Assembly (NCBI RefSeq): GCF_037042905.1
Contig: NC_087251.1
Coordinates: forward strand, 34,288,001 to 34,352,000
Direction of reading: 5' to 3'
Length of the DNA: 64,000 bases
From: Lytechinus pictus
Taxonomy: Eukaryota
In this document: positions 28,518-40,356 of the stretch, in pieces
Position numbering within the stretch: position 1 is the first letter of the stretch
Layout: each line of letters starts with the position of its first letter
The notes under the pieces: model-generated
Database searches by the model: none
The model's input: only the letters and a program-made list of their open reading frames with translations
Told to the model about the DNA's origin: nothing
Program-made: the position numbers and the translations under genes

Positions 28518-30858
28518 GAGACTCATAAATAATTCACAATCTAATCTCTCGCCGTGATCATGGAGTTTTATCAGGCAAGGCTGGAAGCGGGCAAGTGTGA
28601 GCTCTCCGAGAGAGAAGAATGTAGCCGTGTTGTTAACAGATTTTATAGGCAAAATCAAATCATCGACAAATATGCTTCAGAAAAAAAAGGTCTGCGTGGA
28701 GTTAAACGAAGTTAATGAAAATAAAAACCAACGAAAAACAAAGCGTTTGCTTGAAATGCATTAAACTTTATGTGAGAAGGAACATGCCTCTAGAATTTAT
28801 GTATTTCCTTCCTTTGACGTAGATTTATTCATCTAGGAGTAACCTTTTGGAAGTGAAGAGTCATTTTCCAGAAGAGTCATCATGGAAAGTATCAATTGAG
28901 TTTAAAAAATTTTGTTCGATATAATGAATGTTCATAACATGCATACCATGAAGATATTACAAAAATCAATTCATGAACTCTCCTCGTGTGAAAATTATTG
29001 GGTCGTGCAGAAATATTTGGAGCATTTAGCATTCTTTATGGTGAAGTTTGATTCTGAAAAATCAATAAGCTTCCTGCAAATGCACTCAAAGAGTGAGAAG
29101 TTTCAGTGAAACTTCTCACTCTTTGAGGCATTGATATCTATAAAATATCTAATGAGCTGAGGAACAGATTTTTTTTTTTTTTTTTTAAGTTAACTCATGG
29201 GAGATCTATAGTTACTTTACCCGATACAACAAAGTTAACTGTTCAGCCTAACTTGTTAAAAGAAACGAAAGAAAAATGGAAAATGGAAAATCAAATTTCT
29301 TGAGACATTATTAATACAGAGCACACCCGTTTAGGGTTACATCAGGGTGTACTGCTTTATTTCAAATAAAGCATTCGATATTACGGGATGCTGTCAATAT
29401 GTCCATTAGTGTTTATGAACGAATCGGTTATTGTTTTCGTACCTACTAAATTTATCGTCGTTGCATTCGTCATTATTGCTCGTCGATTTACCGGGTTGAG
29501 AATATATTTCCTACTGTTAAAGATCAAATACAATTTTCCATTTTAGTTAGCAAAAGATGAATCTTTGCTGGCGGCATTTGAGGCGGGAAAGGCAACAGAT
29601 ATGCATCTCTGATTGGTCCATAGATCAACTGCAATGCGACATTACTTCACTGCAATCCTATCCCACAATGCACTCGCTGACGTAGCCCTTCGTTTTGCCG
29701 CAATGCGCATAAAACCCATGCAAAGAGAGAAAAGCAATGTGTCTACTCGATTGTCGTAATCCAAGAAAAAGTCAGGTATCGACGAATGCATATCGCATAT
29801 GCAGCGACGCCATTTTCTCCACGGTGGACGCAAGTTGAGTGGCGAGAAGAAAAAGCGAGAGTGACATTAGTGGCATTAGATGTAAAACGAGGACGACGGT
29901 TGCAAAATCACAGATGGTGAAGTGGGTCTGTTTGCAAGAGCAATTTTGGAGATCGCGTTTGCCCATTGAGACCGAGAGAGTAAAAAGTAGATAGTGAGCG
30001 AGGAACATTTGAAGAAAAAATCTAGATGAAAGAAGAAAATTGAGGAAGAGAACGAGAGAGAGATGACGAGTTAAAAGGGATGAAGGCAAGATCGAACGCT
30101 TGCTACTTTTCTTAATTAAATCCTTCAGTCCCGTATGGCCCAGTCAAGATTGCACTATGAAACACTCCAACACGATTTGTTGACCAAGAACCAATATTTG
30201 CCAAAATAATCTTTATACCACGCAAATTCACTATTAAACACATCTTAATGTATTATTGATTTGTCGAATTTACAAGTACTTTAAGTTCATTTCATTGCAC
30301 GGGACACGTTAAACAGTTTTGCAGATTTCTTCAAGTAATCAGTTAATTGAAATTATGGTACTTTATTAAAAAAAGGTATATTCAGACATATTGTTTTAAA
30401 CATTTATCAGTATAATTATCTGTATAGGAAAAACATTTTATTCATGATAGAATAGGACGGTCCCATGCAAATGTAGTTATATAAAATGTATATTCATGAG
30501 TGTTGCTCGTATAAGTAGAAAGATATTGTGTATACTAACTCAAATAACCCCCCCCCCCCAAAGAAAAAAAAGTGATTTTGAATCAAGAAAGGATAATTTA
30601 CGAAAATATTTTACAAGAAGATAAAAGGGTTAGAATTCGAAATATTATTTCATATAATGAAATGGGGTCATAGCGTTGATTATTATCGTTAAAGTAAATT
30701 TGTGTTGGAGTTAAAAAATGAGAGAACTTAAAAAGAAATGCCAACTAGGTGATTTTGGGATTTGTACGTGTGCGTATGTGTATTTATTATGTTTATGAGG
30801 GAGGGTGTGTGTGTGCGAGGATGTGGATGTGTATATATGAGGCTGGTGTATGAATTAC

Positions 30859-30960
30859 GGTGGCCGTATGGTCTAAGCTGCCTAACCAATGTGCACTATG
30901 GAATTCTGGGGTTCGATTCTCGGCAAGGCCCTTGAGCAACGCATTTTAACTATATTGCCT
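30859..30960 (+). mobile_element. Degenerate tRNA-SINE head fragment
   Basis: A-box-like start, GGTTCGATTC B box, cccttgagcaa segment typical of SINE bodies. Confidence 0.45.
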
Positions 30961-31865
30961 TCTATTTTTAATCATATTTTTTTTGTTTGTTTGCTTAATT
31001 TTTCACCATGCATGACAAAAAAGGAAAATGTTACATTGATAATAGTTATACATAGAGTCCCTTAAACAACATCGGCCTTGTTTAACTAAAACATGGCTCG
31101 AAAAAAGCATTCATAAAAACTAGAAGAAAAAAATAATGCCCCTATAGCAAAGTAATATATAGACATATTACAAGCATTTTAAATAAAATATAAAACATCA
31201 TCATGCAGCACAATTATGAAGAGTACTTAAAAGAAATATCTTTTACATTTTAATTCATTTAATGCATTAATATTGATACTAACGTGTTTCCTTTTTTTAT
31301 TAAAAAAAAGTTGTTTAGTAATATAGTTTTACAGGCGTATCCCGACAGAAGCACCTGCTTGCTGTGGTTATTTTTTTCTCCTTCTTCTAATCACGTAATT
31401 TGCATACGGTATTCTACATTCATATTTTTTTTTTACTATATGCATGACATTGTTATTTCTATGTTTTATTTAAAAATTGATAAAATGCTAATCTGAAGAA
31501 AATGAATGTTGAATGAACTAAATCGTTTGTGTGTGGTAGTGCATTCATAATCATAACATAGATTTTAAAAACTCATTTCTGTGTTGTTTGATTTTTTTTT
31601 AGATGTATATTTACAGTACTCCATGAAAATACAGTACTCCATGAAGAGGATACGAATGCTAAAAAAAAAATCCACAATTTTTATTTTATGTACAATTTCA
31701 ACAATCTAACAACTAAGAAAAAATTAATACTAGATAAGTAATTAAACATGTTTTCTGATTATGCCCGATCATAATACCTTTTCCGAATAGTTTCCTATAG
31801 GCCTATAGGTCTAAATGGAGACTATATTGTTGAAGATGCTCACAAGTATCGGGATCGTGCAAGAG

Positions 31866-32042
31866 ATCGTCATGATCAAGTGGTCCCGACTCTCGTCTTT
31901 AAATCAAAGTGTCTTTGGTACGAATTTAAGCCATTTCGTGTTTTCCTTCAACCAAAAGTTTATCCACATTGTGCTGCACTCGACCCAGGTGAGGTTAATA
32001 TTTACCTGGATTAAAGTGGTAGTTCGAGCTAAAGCCGGGGTT
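31866..32042 (+). mobile_element. tRNA-derived SINE (same family as 3461-3734)
   Basis: Shared gactctcgtcttt...tttatccacattgtgctgcactcgacccag...cgagctaaagcc. Confidence 0.7.
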
Positions 32043-32506
32043 TTGTGTATCATCTGGACTCTGGCAAAAATTGAAATATAAATACAGCTATAATTATCAA
32101 TATCATTATTAAATACCACAAATTTAACTAGTTATTGTGCTTTATAGTTAGTGAAAACAAAATCTGCAAAAGAATTACTAAATAATTAGTGATATTGTGC
32201 TTGTAAACTTTGTCAAATTGCAGTTAACGTCTTTACACTGTAAATTCGGTGAATACAGGTTTGTCAATGTCTCAATCGGTTCTGTACTCCTATACCACTA
32301 TTTGGGTGAGGAGAAAGACGAGAATAGGATCATGTTTGTCAAAAACCAATAGAATAATTGATTTGCGACTGAATGTGCCATCCAAAGGTCCCAGCCAAGT
32401 ATATACCATTTATTGGCTGATTTGAGAGTTTAACTAAAGTTCGATGTCGTGTTGGTAAGTGCATTTGAAGTGAACTCGGCGCCTTTTCACCGATATTACT
32501 CACCAT

Positions 32507-33902
32507 CAGTGGCGTAACTACGGGGGGGGGGCATGGAGGGGCACGTGCCCCCCAATCGGCTGGCCAAAAAAAAAACGGGGAAAGGAGAAAAAGGGAGAGA
32601 AACGTAGTGGGAAAGAAGAAATTATTGTTAATTATAATGTTATATTATGTCATAATTATGTTATGTTATATTACATTTTAAAAAATTATAGCTTTATGAA
32701 ACATAATTTGCGCAGGGCCTATGTCTTCATTGTTTCTGGTGCTTGCATTGTCTGTTTAACAAGATATATAATCATGTTTTACTAAAACCTCCCGTTTTCG
32801 AGTCAATATACACCAAATATATTTCCTCGCACTTCGAATTATTATTGTTTATGTAGTGACATATGCTTCTATTTCATGACTACTTAAAGTGATTGCGCCA
32901 TTTTAAGGTCGTAATATAAACCATTTCCTGTCCGTGCTTACGTTCGCATTCGTGGATTGGTGAGATATGTCTGTTCTTCATGAATTCCCAAAATCAGTCC
33001 TTAAAATTTCCCTTTTTCTGATCTGAATATCAAAAATTTTCAGCTTGCGCTTCGCGCTCGCATCATTTGGTTAGTGAGATGCGTATATGATAATCATAAT
33101 TACAATGACTACAAAAAGTGCTTCATGTGTCATTTACATGTAATTCTAACAAGATCAGCATGCGCTTGGCACTCGCATTAGATGACTATGGTGAGATATG
33201 TACTCTTAATGGATTCCTTAAAAAAATAGTCCTTATATCCCTGTTTGGGGTCAATATATACAAAAATTTAAGCTTGCGCTTCGCGCTCGCATATTTTTGT
33301 TAGTGAAATACGTATGATCTTCGTGAATTCCTACAAACAAGCCTTAAAATGTCCCTCTTCAGGTCTGAATTTCCTTAATTTTCAGCTCGCGCTTCGCGCT
33401 CGCAATATTTGATTAGTGAGATGCGTATGTTAACCATGATTACAATGACTACAAAAAGTGCTTCATGTGTTTAGATGTATATTATTCTAACAAAATCAGC
33501 AAGAGATTGGCACTCACAATGGATGACTATGGTGAGATATGTATACTCTTAATGGATTCCTAAAATATAGTCCTTAAAATGTCCCTGTTTGGGGTCAGTA
33601 TATACAAAAATTTCAGCTCGCGCTTCGCGCTCGCATTGTTTGTTTAAATGGACAGATATGTATTATGATTACAAAAATTTGCTTATAATGTCCTTTTTAG
33701 GTCTGAATTTCAAAAAATTTCAGCTCGCGCTTCGCGCTCGCATTATGTGATCAGTGAGATACATATCCGTTTAATGGCACTGTCCTAAAAATGTCTCCAT
33801 AAGTCAGTATACCTGGCAACTGAGCGCGCTTCGCGCGCTCTTTAAGTGACCCAAAATTTTTGCTGGTGCCCCCCCAATGCCGTGACCCACGGTACGCCAC
33901 TG
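32507..33902. mobile_element. Non-autonomous hAT-type DNA transposon with internal tandem repeats (copy 1)
   Basis: TIR cagtggcgta...tacgccactg; perfect 8-bp TSD ctcaccat. Confidence 0.9.
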
Positions 33903-34431
33903 CTCACCATTATTTTAATACATTCGTATATCTATCTGAGTCTATGATGTAACATTTTGATAGACCCACCAAATTCAAAGTTGCCAATGCAGATAGTTGA
34001 TAAATTATTTGTTCATATAGTATAGACTATGTTGCTTCAGGACATTTGTGACTTAAAATTTATTTTGAATGACGGGTTTCATGCAAATCCAAAATTACAC
34101 ATAATGCAATAATAAAACCTCTCAATTGATTTTGAGTAATATAAGAAATATTTGTATGAACTGCTTATTTTTCGATCGATCGTGGGAATTAGGACAAAAA
34201 ACCTCTTTCAATCATTAATTTCAAAGTCAATTCATATACTGATTTTATTTGCATATCTATTGCATTTTAATATCGATTGGTGTGGGAACTTTAAGATCTA
34301 TTTTTTTTATGTTGATAAGAATTGTATTCTTATTATCACCGTAGTTATCATTAAGCAATTCATTACTCCATTTTAATCATTGTCACCTCAAAAATGTTTA
34401 TGCTTAGTTCCTACTGTGTACCTATAATGGT

Positions 34432-34666
34432 AATAATAATAATGATCACAATAATAATGGTATATATACCCAGGGTAGCCACTTCAGTTCCGAAAACTGT
34501 TCTCCCAGCGGGCCCTGCTATTATTATTGCCCCGGCTAAGCTAGGCTACCGATTCAGGTGCACATAGATTTTTGGGGAATTACTTCCTGCCGGTACCCAT
34601 TTACCTCACCTGGGTCGAGTGCAGTACACTTTGGATGAATTCCTTGCTGAAGGAAACTACGCCATA
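34432..34666 (-). mobile_element. 5'-truncated SINE related to 3461-3734
   Basis: Shared ggaattact.ctgccg...ctgggtcgagtgcag...ttgctgaaggaaa body and TTA tail. Confidence 0.7.
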
Positions 34667-37600
34667 ACATATACTGCCATTTTTTTTGTTATGCATGGTG
34701 AAAAAGAAAACAAGCAAATCATAAGTTTATTACTATCATCACTATAATTATCATTGATATTTCTAGTATTATTGTTATTACTGCAATTATTATCATTATT
34801 ATCATTATCATTATTGTTAATATCATTATCAATATATCATTATCAACATCATTATCATCATAATTATGATTTTCATCGATATATTTTCCATTATGCCGAG
34901 GCTAGTTGTGGTTAATCGTTCTAATGACGATTGTAAACTTAATTTAGGGTAATAGAAACATTTGAGAGAGGTTCGTTTTGGAATGTCAAATCAACTGAAC
35001 GATAACTTTGACATTGTAGACTAGGAGTGCAATAAAATAAATAATCACAAGATAATTCCAAGTTTAATTTTTCAACTACCGACTTCATTAAACTCATTGA
35101 CAAAATTAAAGCGAACACTACTAACTCTGATCATTTCCAAATCTTGAATATAGCCACTTATCTCTGGAAAAACGTGACATTTTGTTATATTACAATACGT
35201 CTTATACCTTCTCCTCTGAAGTAATATTTTTATTTTTTGGAAATTAATATCAATAATTCAGCATAACTTCAAGGATCTAAAAAGTAGTTTTAGAATATCA
35301 AGAAGTATTTCATAGCTTGGGAGGTAATATAATTCAAATCTATTTTATGATTTACATGTTTTTAGTGGGTCTATAGAATGTAAGTATATATTCAGAGTAC
35401 AAAACGGTTACTGATATACAGTATATTTAGACCTTTAGACATGATGTTTTTCGTTGTGATATCAGATAATACAATAGGTCTACGACTGGTGAACTTTAGG
35501 GAGTTAAGATATTCACTTTTGGGACTTGTAATATTAAGCGACTAGCGTTGCTTAAATCATCAATTTAGTCTTTGCTTAAAAACGCAAATTGAAAAAAAAA
35601 ACATTCACTTATACATAATAATCATTGACAGCCTACAAACTTTGTCAACATTTGCATTGTTTATTTGGCAAAAATTTGGCGCAAAAATCAGTCATGTTTC
35701 TTTTTTTCAGTTTATTTGAGAATTAGACTCTCAGGCATTATACGGAGATAAGATGTAAAACTCATCCATGTACAGGTTCAAAATTTAAAATAGCTTTTAT
35801 GTACATTAATTTCAGACGGTATACCATTTATGTGTTTATCAAAACTTTAATACCATTAAGATTGGCCTAACATCTTATTGTAGGACCTTTCCTGAAGTCA
35901 TATTTGTATTAGTTATATTATTACTTATTTCAAGGAACTATATCAAACATTCAAAATGAAATGAACACTAAATCACTAGTAAAACTGTACTCGAATCGTA
36001 ATAATGAATTTTAAACCACTTCCTTTCTCATGAAATATATAATATTGAACGGTCCTTAAAACACACCACTCCTTCTTCATTATCCAGCATTATCCGAATA
36101 TGAATGACGATGCTCAGAGAGTGGTCTTGAATATTTTTTTTAAAGCATATATATTATAATATTTATCCATTCTGTTTCATTTATAAATATTAAACTATTT
36201 CCTTCAAAACCTTTACGAATGCGCTAAAAGTTAATGGTTGGAATGTTTCAAATTTCACTTTCAATTGGAATAGTCTGGTTCTTTTAAACACCGAGGTCTC
36301 TAACAACGATATTTATTTCTTTGTGCTATAATATACCAACGATATACTCGATTGTTCACTGCCTGTAATAATAACCTGGAATATAGTAATGTTAAAAGTG
36401 AATCCCCTAAGAAAATGGGAATTTAATTTATTATCATGTTACGTTTTCAGCGTATAGAAGCTTACAAGATGACTGTCATATTAGGTTGTAATATGTATTC
36501 GTATATCTGTACATGGATATAAGCTGCTTTTTCGTATTCATTGCGTCGTCATGTTTTATTTTTGTTGTTGTTGATTATTATTATTGTTAAAATCACTGAT
36601 ATATTTTTGTTTATGTTTTTTGATTATATTGATTCAATAAAACACATTAAAAAAATATATATACTCGATTGTTGAGACGAGCTTCTATACAGTCATATAC
36701 GCTCTACTTGGAAAGTTTTTTACAGTACTGTGGTATACACGTGTAGATAGGCAGGCCAATTATACTTCGCATGCAAATGCTAATTAGTATCTGCAACTGG
36801 TATGGTAGGAATTTCCGATAACATGTTCAACCATGGAGTACCACATATTTTTGTACTGCGGTCCTTGTGCTCGCTAGTTTAAAGGGATATTCCAGGTTGA
36901 AAATTATATGATTTGAACAAATAAAGTAAAATCAAACAAACAAAACACTTAAATTTTTTTATCGAAATCGGACAAGGAATAACAAAATTTTATGGCATTT
37001 AAAAGTTTTGCATTTTTATCAACGAGCAAGCTGATGTCATATCCCCACTTATTTTTTTGTCTTTTATGAAATTTTCTATCTAAAATGCTTACCTCAAAGA
37101 ATGAAATAAAATAGATTGACAACTGATTTAATGTTTAAAATGGTCGTTGCTGCATTTATTTATTTTGCTTTGTTTAAATATGAAATATTTATGGTTTCAT
37201 GAAATGTAACAAGAAAAAGGATAATGGGGAACATGACATCATTAGCCCATATAATGAATATTCATGACGTCATGCAAATAACATTATTTGCAGAAAATGT
37301 TCCAAAAGTAAAACAAAAACAAAAATCGATGACTTCGTTATTTTTAATCAGATTTTGATGAAATTTTCAGTATTTTGCCAGGTAATTTTACTCTTCTTAT
37401 TAAGATATCATTGAGATATCAGTCTTTCAGAGTTAGATTGTATAGGAAGGCTATCTGAGAGAATAAGATGCAATGATTTCGGTAGCTCGTTGTAATAATA
37501 GTGAAAATCACTATGGTTTCTATTTGTTCCTTGAAATGCTCTCATGTTAGATTTTTTTTTAAACTATTCGTTCTTAAGCAGTTTTATTCCTCAAAGTGCC

Positions 37601-37719
37601 AACATCAGTACGTTCCTTTTATAAATAAATGTGTTTTTTAATGTTTCTGAAATGAATAGACATTGATAAAGAATATGTCTAAATACTACGAAGTGTGCAT
37701 GGGAAAGGGTGGTTTTTAT

Positions 37720-37928
37720 GTCCTACTAACGAAGTGTCAGTTTGTTTTTGGTGGCTGTTTTTTTTTAAATCAAATTATTTGCATCGAATGAAAGATACTG
37801 ATGGAATTAAAACGATCACAGTCACATCATTAAAACTGATTCCAGACCGACCAAATCTATTACGTTATTTCCAATGATATTTCATCGGTCGGTTTGGAGT
37901 CAGTTTCGTTGGTAAGACTGTAGCATAA
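37720..37928. repeat. Interspersed repeat shared with about 25720-25910
   Basis: Shared atcggtcggtt.ggagtc.gtttcgt.ggt...actgtagcataa end. Confidence 0.5.
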
Positions 37929-37973
37929 TGCAGTATGTTCACATCGTTATTAAACTTTCTTCTCATAATATCA

Positions 37974-38205
37974 CACTGTAAAAACTGTGGTGTTAAAACT
38001 GACACCAAATGGGTGTTAATAGAGGACCACTCCCTGATGTGTTAAAATCACACCCTAGAGGTTGAACATAGCACCAATTAGTGTAAATGTAACAACCAAG
38101 GGTGTTGTATTAGCACCTGTAGGTGTTAAACGGTGTTTAACACCGGTGTAAAATGACTGATGTGGCTCTCTATGTACACCAATTAACACCCTAGTTTTTG
38201 TTGTG
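37974..38205. mobile_element. MITE with CACT-type termini and aacacc/ggtgtt internal repeats
   Basis: cactgtaaaaactgtggtgttaa...ttaacaccctagtttttgttgtg. Confidence 0.55.
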
Positions 38206-39469
38206 CATAGGCCTATGCTTATAGGCCTATGATGTAATATTTTTCGAGATCTGTGGGCGCTTGATTAATTTTGTTTCCACATCACTTGCGTGAAGTACAG
38301 CAGGACATCAGTTAAATTTATCAATATAAACGTCCTCTGGAGACGAACACTTACTTTCCATTTTTATTATTCTTTTCAGGATGCAATAAATGTATACCAT
38401 CAAAGCCTGATATTTGCAAACATTCACATAGTTTAGTTATTCTTCTTAAAATGACTATAATAGTTACAAATAGTTACCGTTGCTATTTACTTTTTGATTT
38501 AACAAGTAAATAATGATGCCTCTCTCCTTCATTTTCCTCCGTTCTTTCTGTATAATTATGTGATTATTCGTTAAAACCTTGGTGATCATATTGTTTTTTC
38601 TCATATATATAGGTTTGGTGTTTTTTGGGGTGTTTTTTCTCATACATAATTTTGTTTATGATTATGCCTGACATGCAATGTCCATGGCGGTGTAAAATGT
38701 TTTATTAGTTGTTTATTGCAATACGGCTATTTTCGTTGTTAGTTTTACATATCGGATCATTGCTAAAAACCCTCTGCTGTTTGTCAGTATAAAGATGTTC
38801 AATTATGCCCACAAGGGGGCACCCTCCGTGATAATATTTCTAGCAACGTTAACGCATTATCCTTATTCAGTTCAGTCTTTTATCCTTTTTTATCATTTCT
38901 AACTAAATTCATCCAAGTATCATAAAAATAGACAATTAGAACATAATAAATGCAATATAGCAAAATAGGCTAATTATAGATTTGATACCAAAATTCATTA
39001 AACACTCAATGCAATACGTCTCTTTCCTCATCACTCCTCATAAAAGATTTGGTTTTGTACCATGGTCTTTATTCTGATTATTTTATTCATGGTCTTTATT
39101 ATGATTAATATTAATTTGGGACATTTTAACAAATTACGAAAAAAAAAATTTAAGTTAAATTTGAAAGAGAAACAGGAAAAGAGTTAGTCTCCGTCACTTA
39201 ATGATGAAAGCATAAAACATCAGCACAGACATTGACGTATTTTCAAATACACATTTCGATACACACACCCTCCCACATACACAGGCAAGTATACATGCGC
39301 CATTAGACCTGCACACACAGCTAACACACTGTTTTAAATACCCATACAACCCTTCCCCCCCCCCCACATACACCCCACACGCACCCACAGACAACCTCTC
39401 ACGCATTGCGCGCTTACTGCACACAATTAGAAAAAAAGGAACGTCTAAAAGTGGGTTATCTTTTATATC

Positions 39470-39475
39470 TTTATT
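39470..39475 (-). terminator. Candidate polyadenylation signal of the TMEM145-like gene
   Basis: AATAAA on the minus strand about 790 nt after the stop, followed by U- and GU-rich sequence. Confidence 0.35.
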
Positions 39476-40266
39476 GAGAATGAGACTTACAATGAATTAT
39501 GATATTGCATATTGATTTGTTACACCGTTTGATTCATTTTATAATCTCAATTGCGTTTTTGTTTATCTTTTTCAGCTGCATTTTTACTAGTGTATGCCTA
39601 GTTTTCAGAATTATCTTTCTCTGATAATGCTCTAATTTCAGTAAGTTCTATGAATTTGATCTTGAAATATTTCAAGTTTCTTCAAATTTTTAATCCCTTT
39701 GCTGGGTAAATATTTTTTCATTCCCTTTCTCGTTTCAGTAGAAATTACACTATGACGACCATTACTCTTTGAGAGTACAGTGGCAAGAATATCCAAGTTG
39801 CTATAATTAATGGTCGTACAATTTTTTGTGAGAATAAGCTCTACAAAATACAGCATAAGATCAATACAGTGTCTTCAAAATTTTAGGGATAATTCATTTA
39901 CTTTGTAATCATGATTTCATAACTCTTCCAGTTTAAATTAAATTAATACATCTCATTCGCTAAGTAAGCGGTGGCTAAATAGTATCTGTTGCATATTTCG
40001 CAGTTTCTTGAATAAAATGAATTTCTATTTCATTACTAAGACGTATTCGAATTTCGTTATTGCTTTCAATTTCCGTACATAGCTTGATATAAATTGAACT
40101 ATTATCAATATCCTAGCCTTTTACAGGTCTGTTTTATGGTCCAAACGTATCTTCCGTTGTTTATGATTGGAGAATGGTCCAAGTAAATTGAAGGTGTGTT
40201 TATGGCCCAAAAGTATCCGGTTTGCTTTGAAATCGTTGACGTATGGTTGGAGTGATTTGTTAGTTC

Positions 40267-40356
40267 CTAGTCCGCCTTCGCAGGCTTGTTCTTGTGCCTG
40301 CGAGCGAGCTTTAGGAAACGTTTGAGGAGCTTCTTCTTTGTTTTCGGATCCATAGC
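40267..40356 (-). CDS. TMEM145: TMEM145-like terminal exon coding part (AMDPKTKKKLLKRFLKLARRHKNKPAKAD*)
   Basis: ttttcag acceptor, 29 codons plus TAG in phase 0. Confidence 0.75.
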   Translation of the reverse strand, partial: AMDPKTKKKLLKRFLKLARRHKNKPAKAD

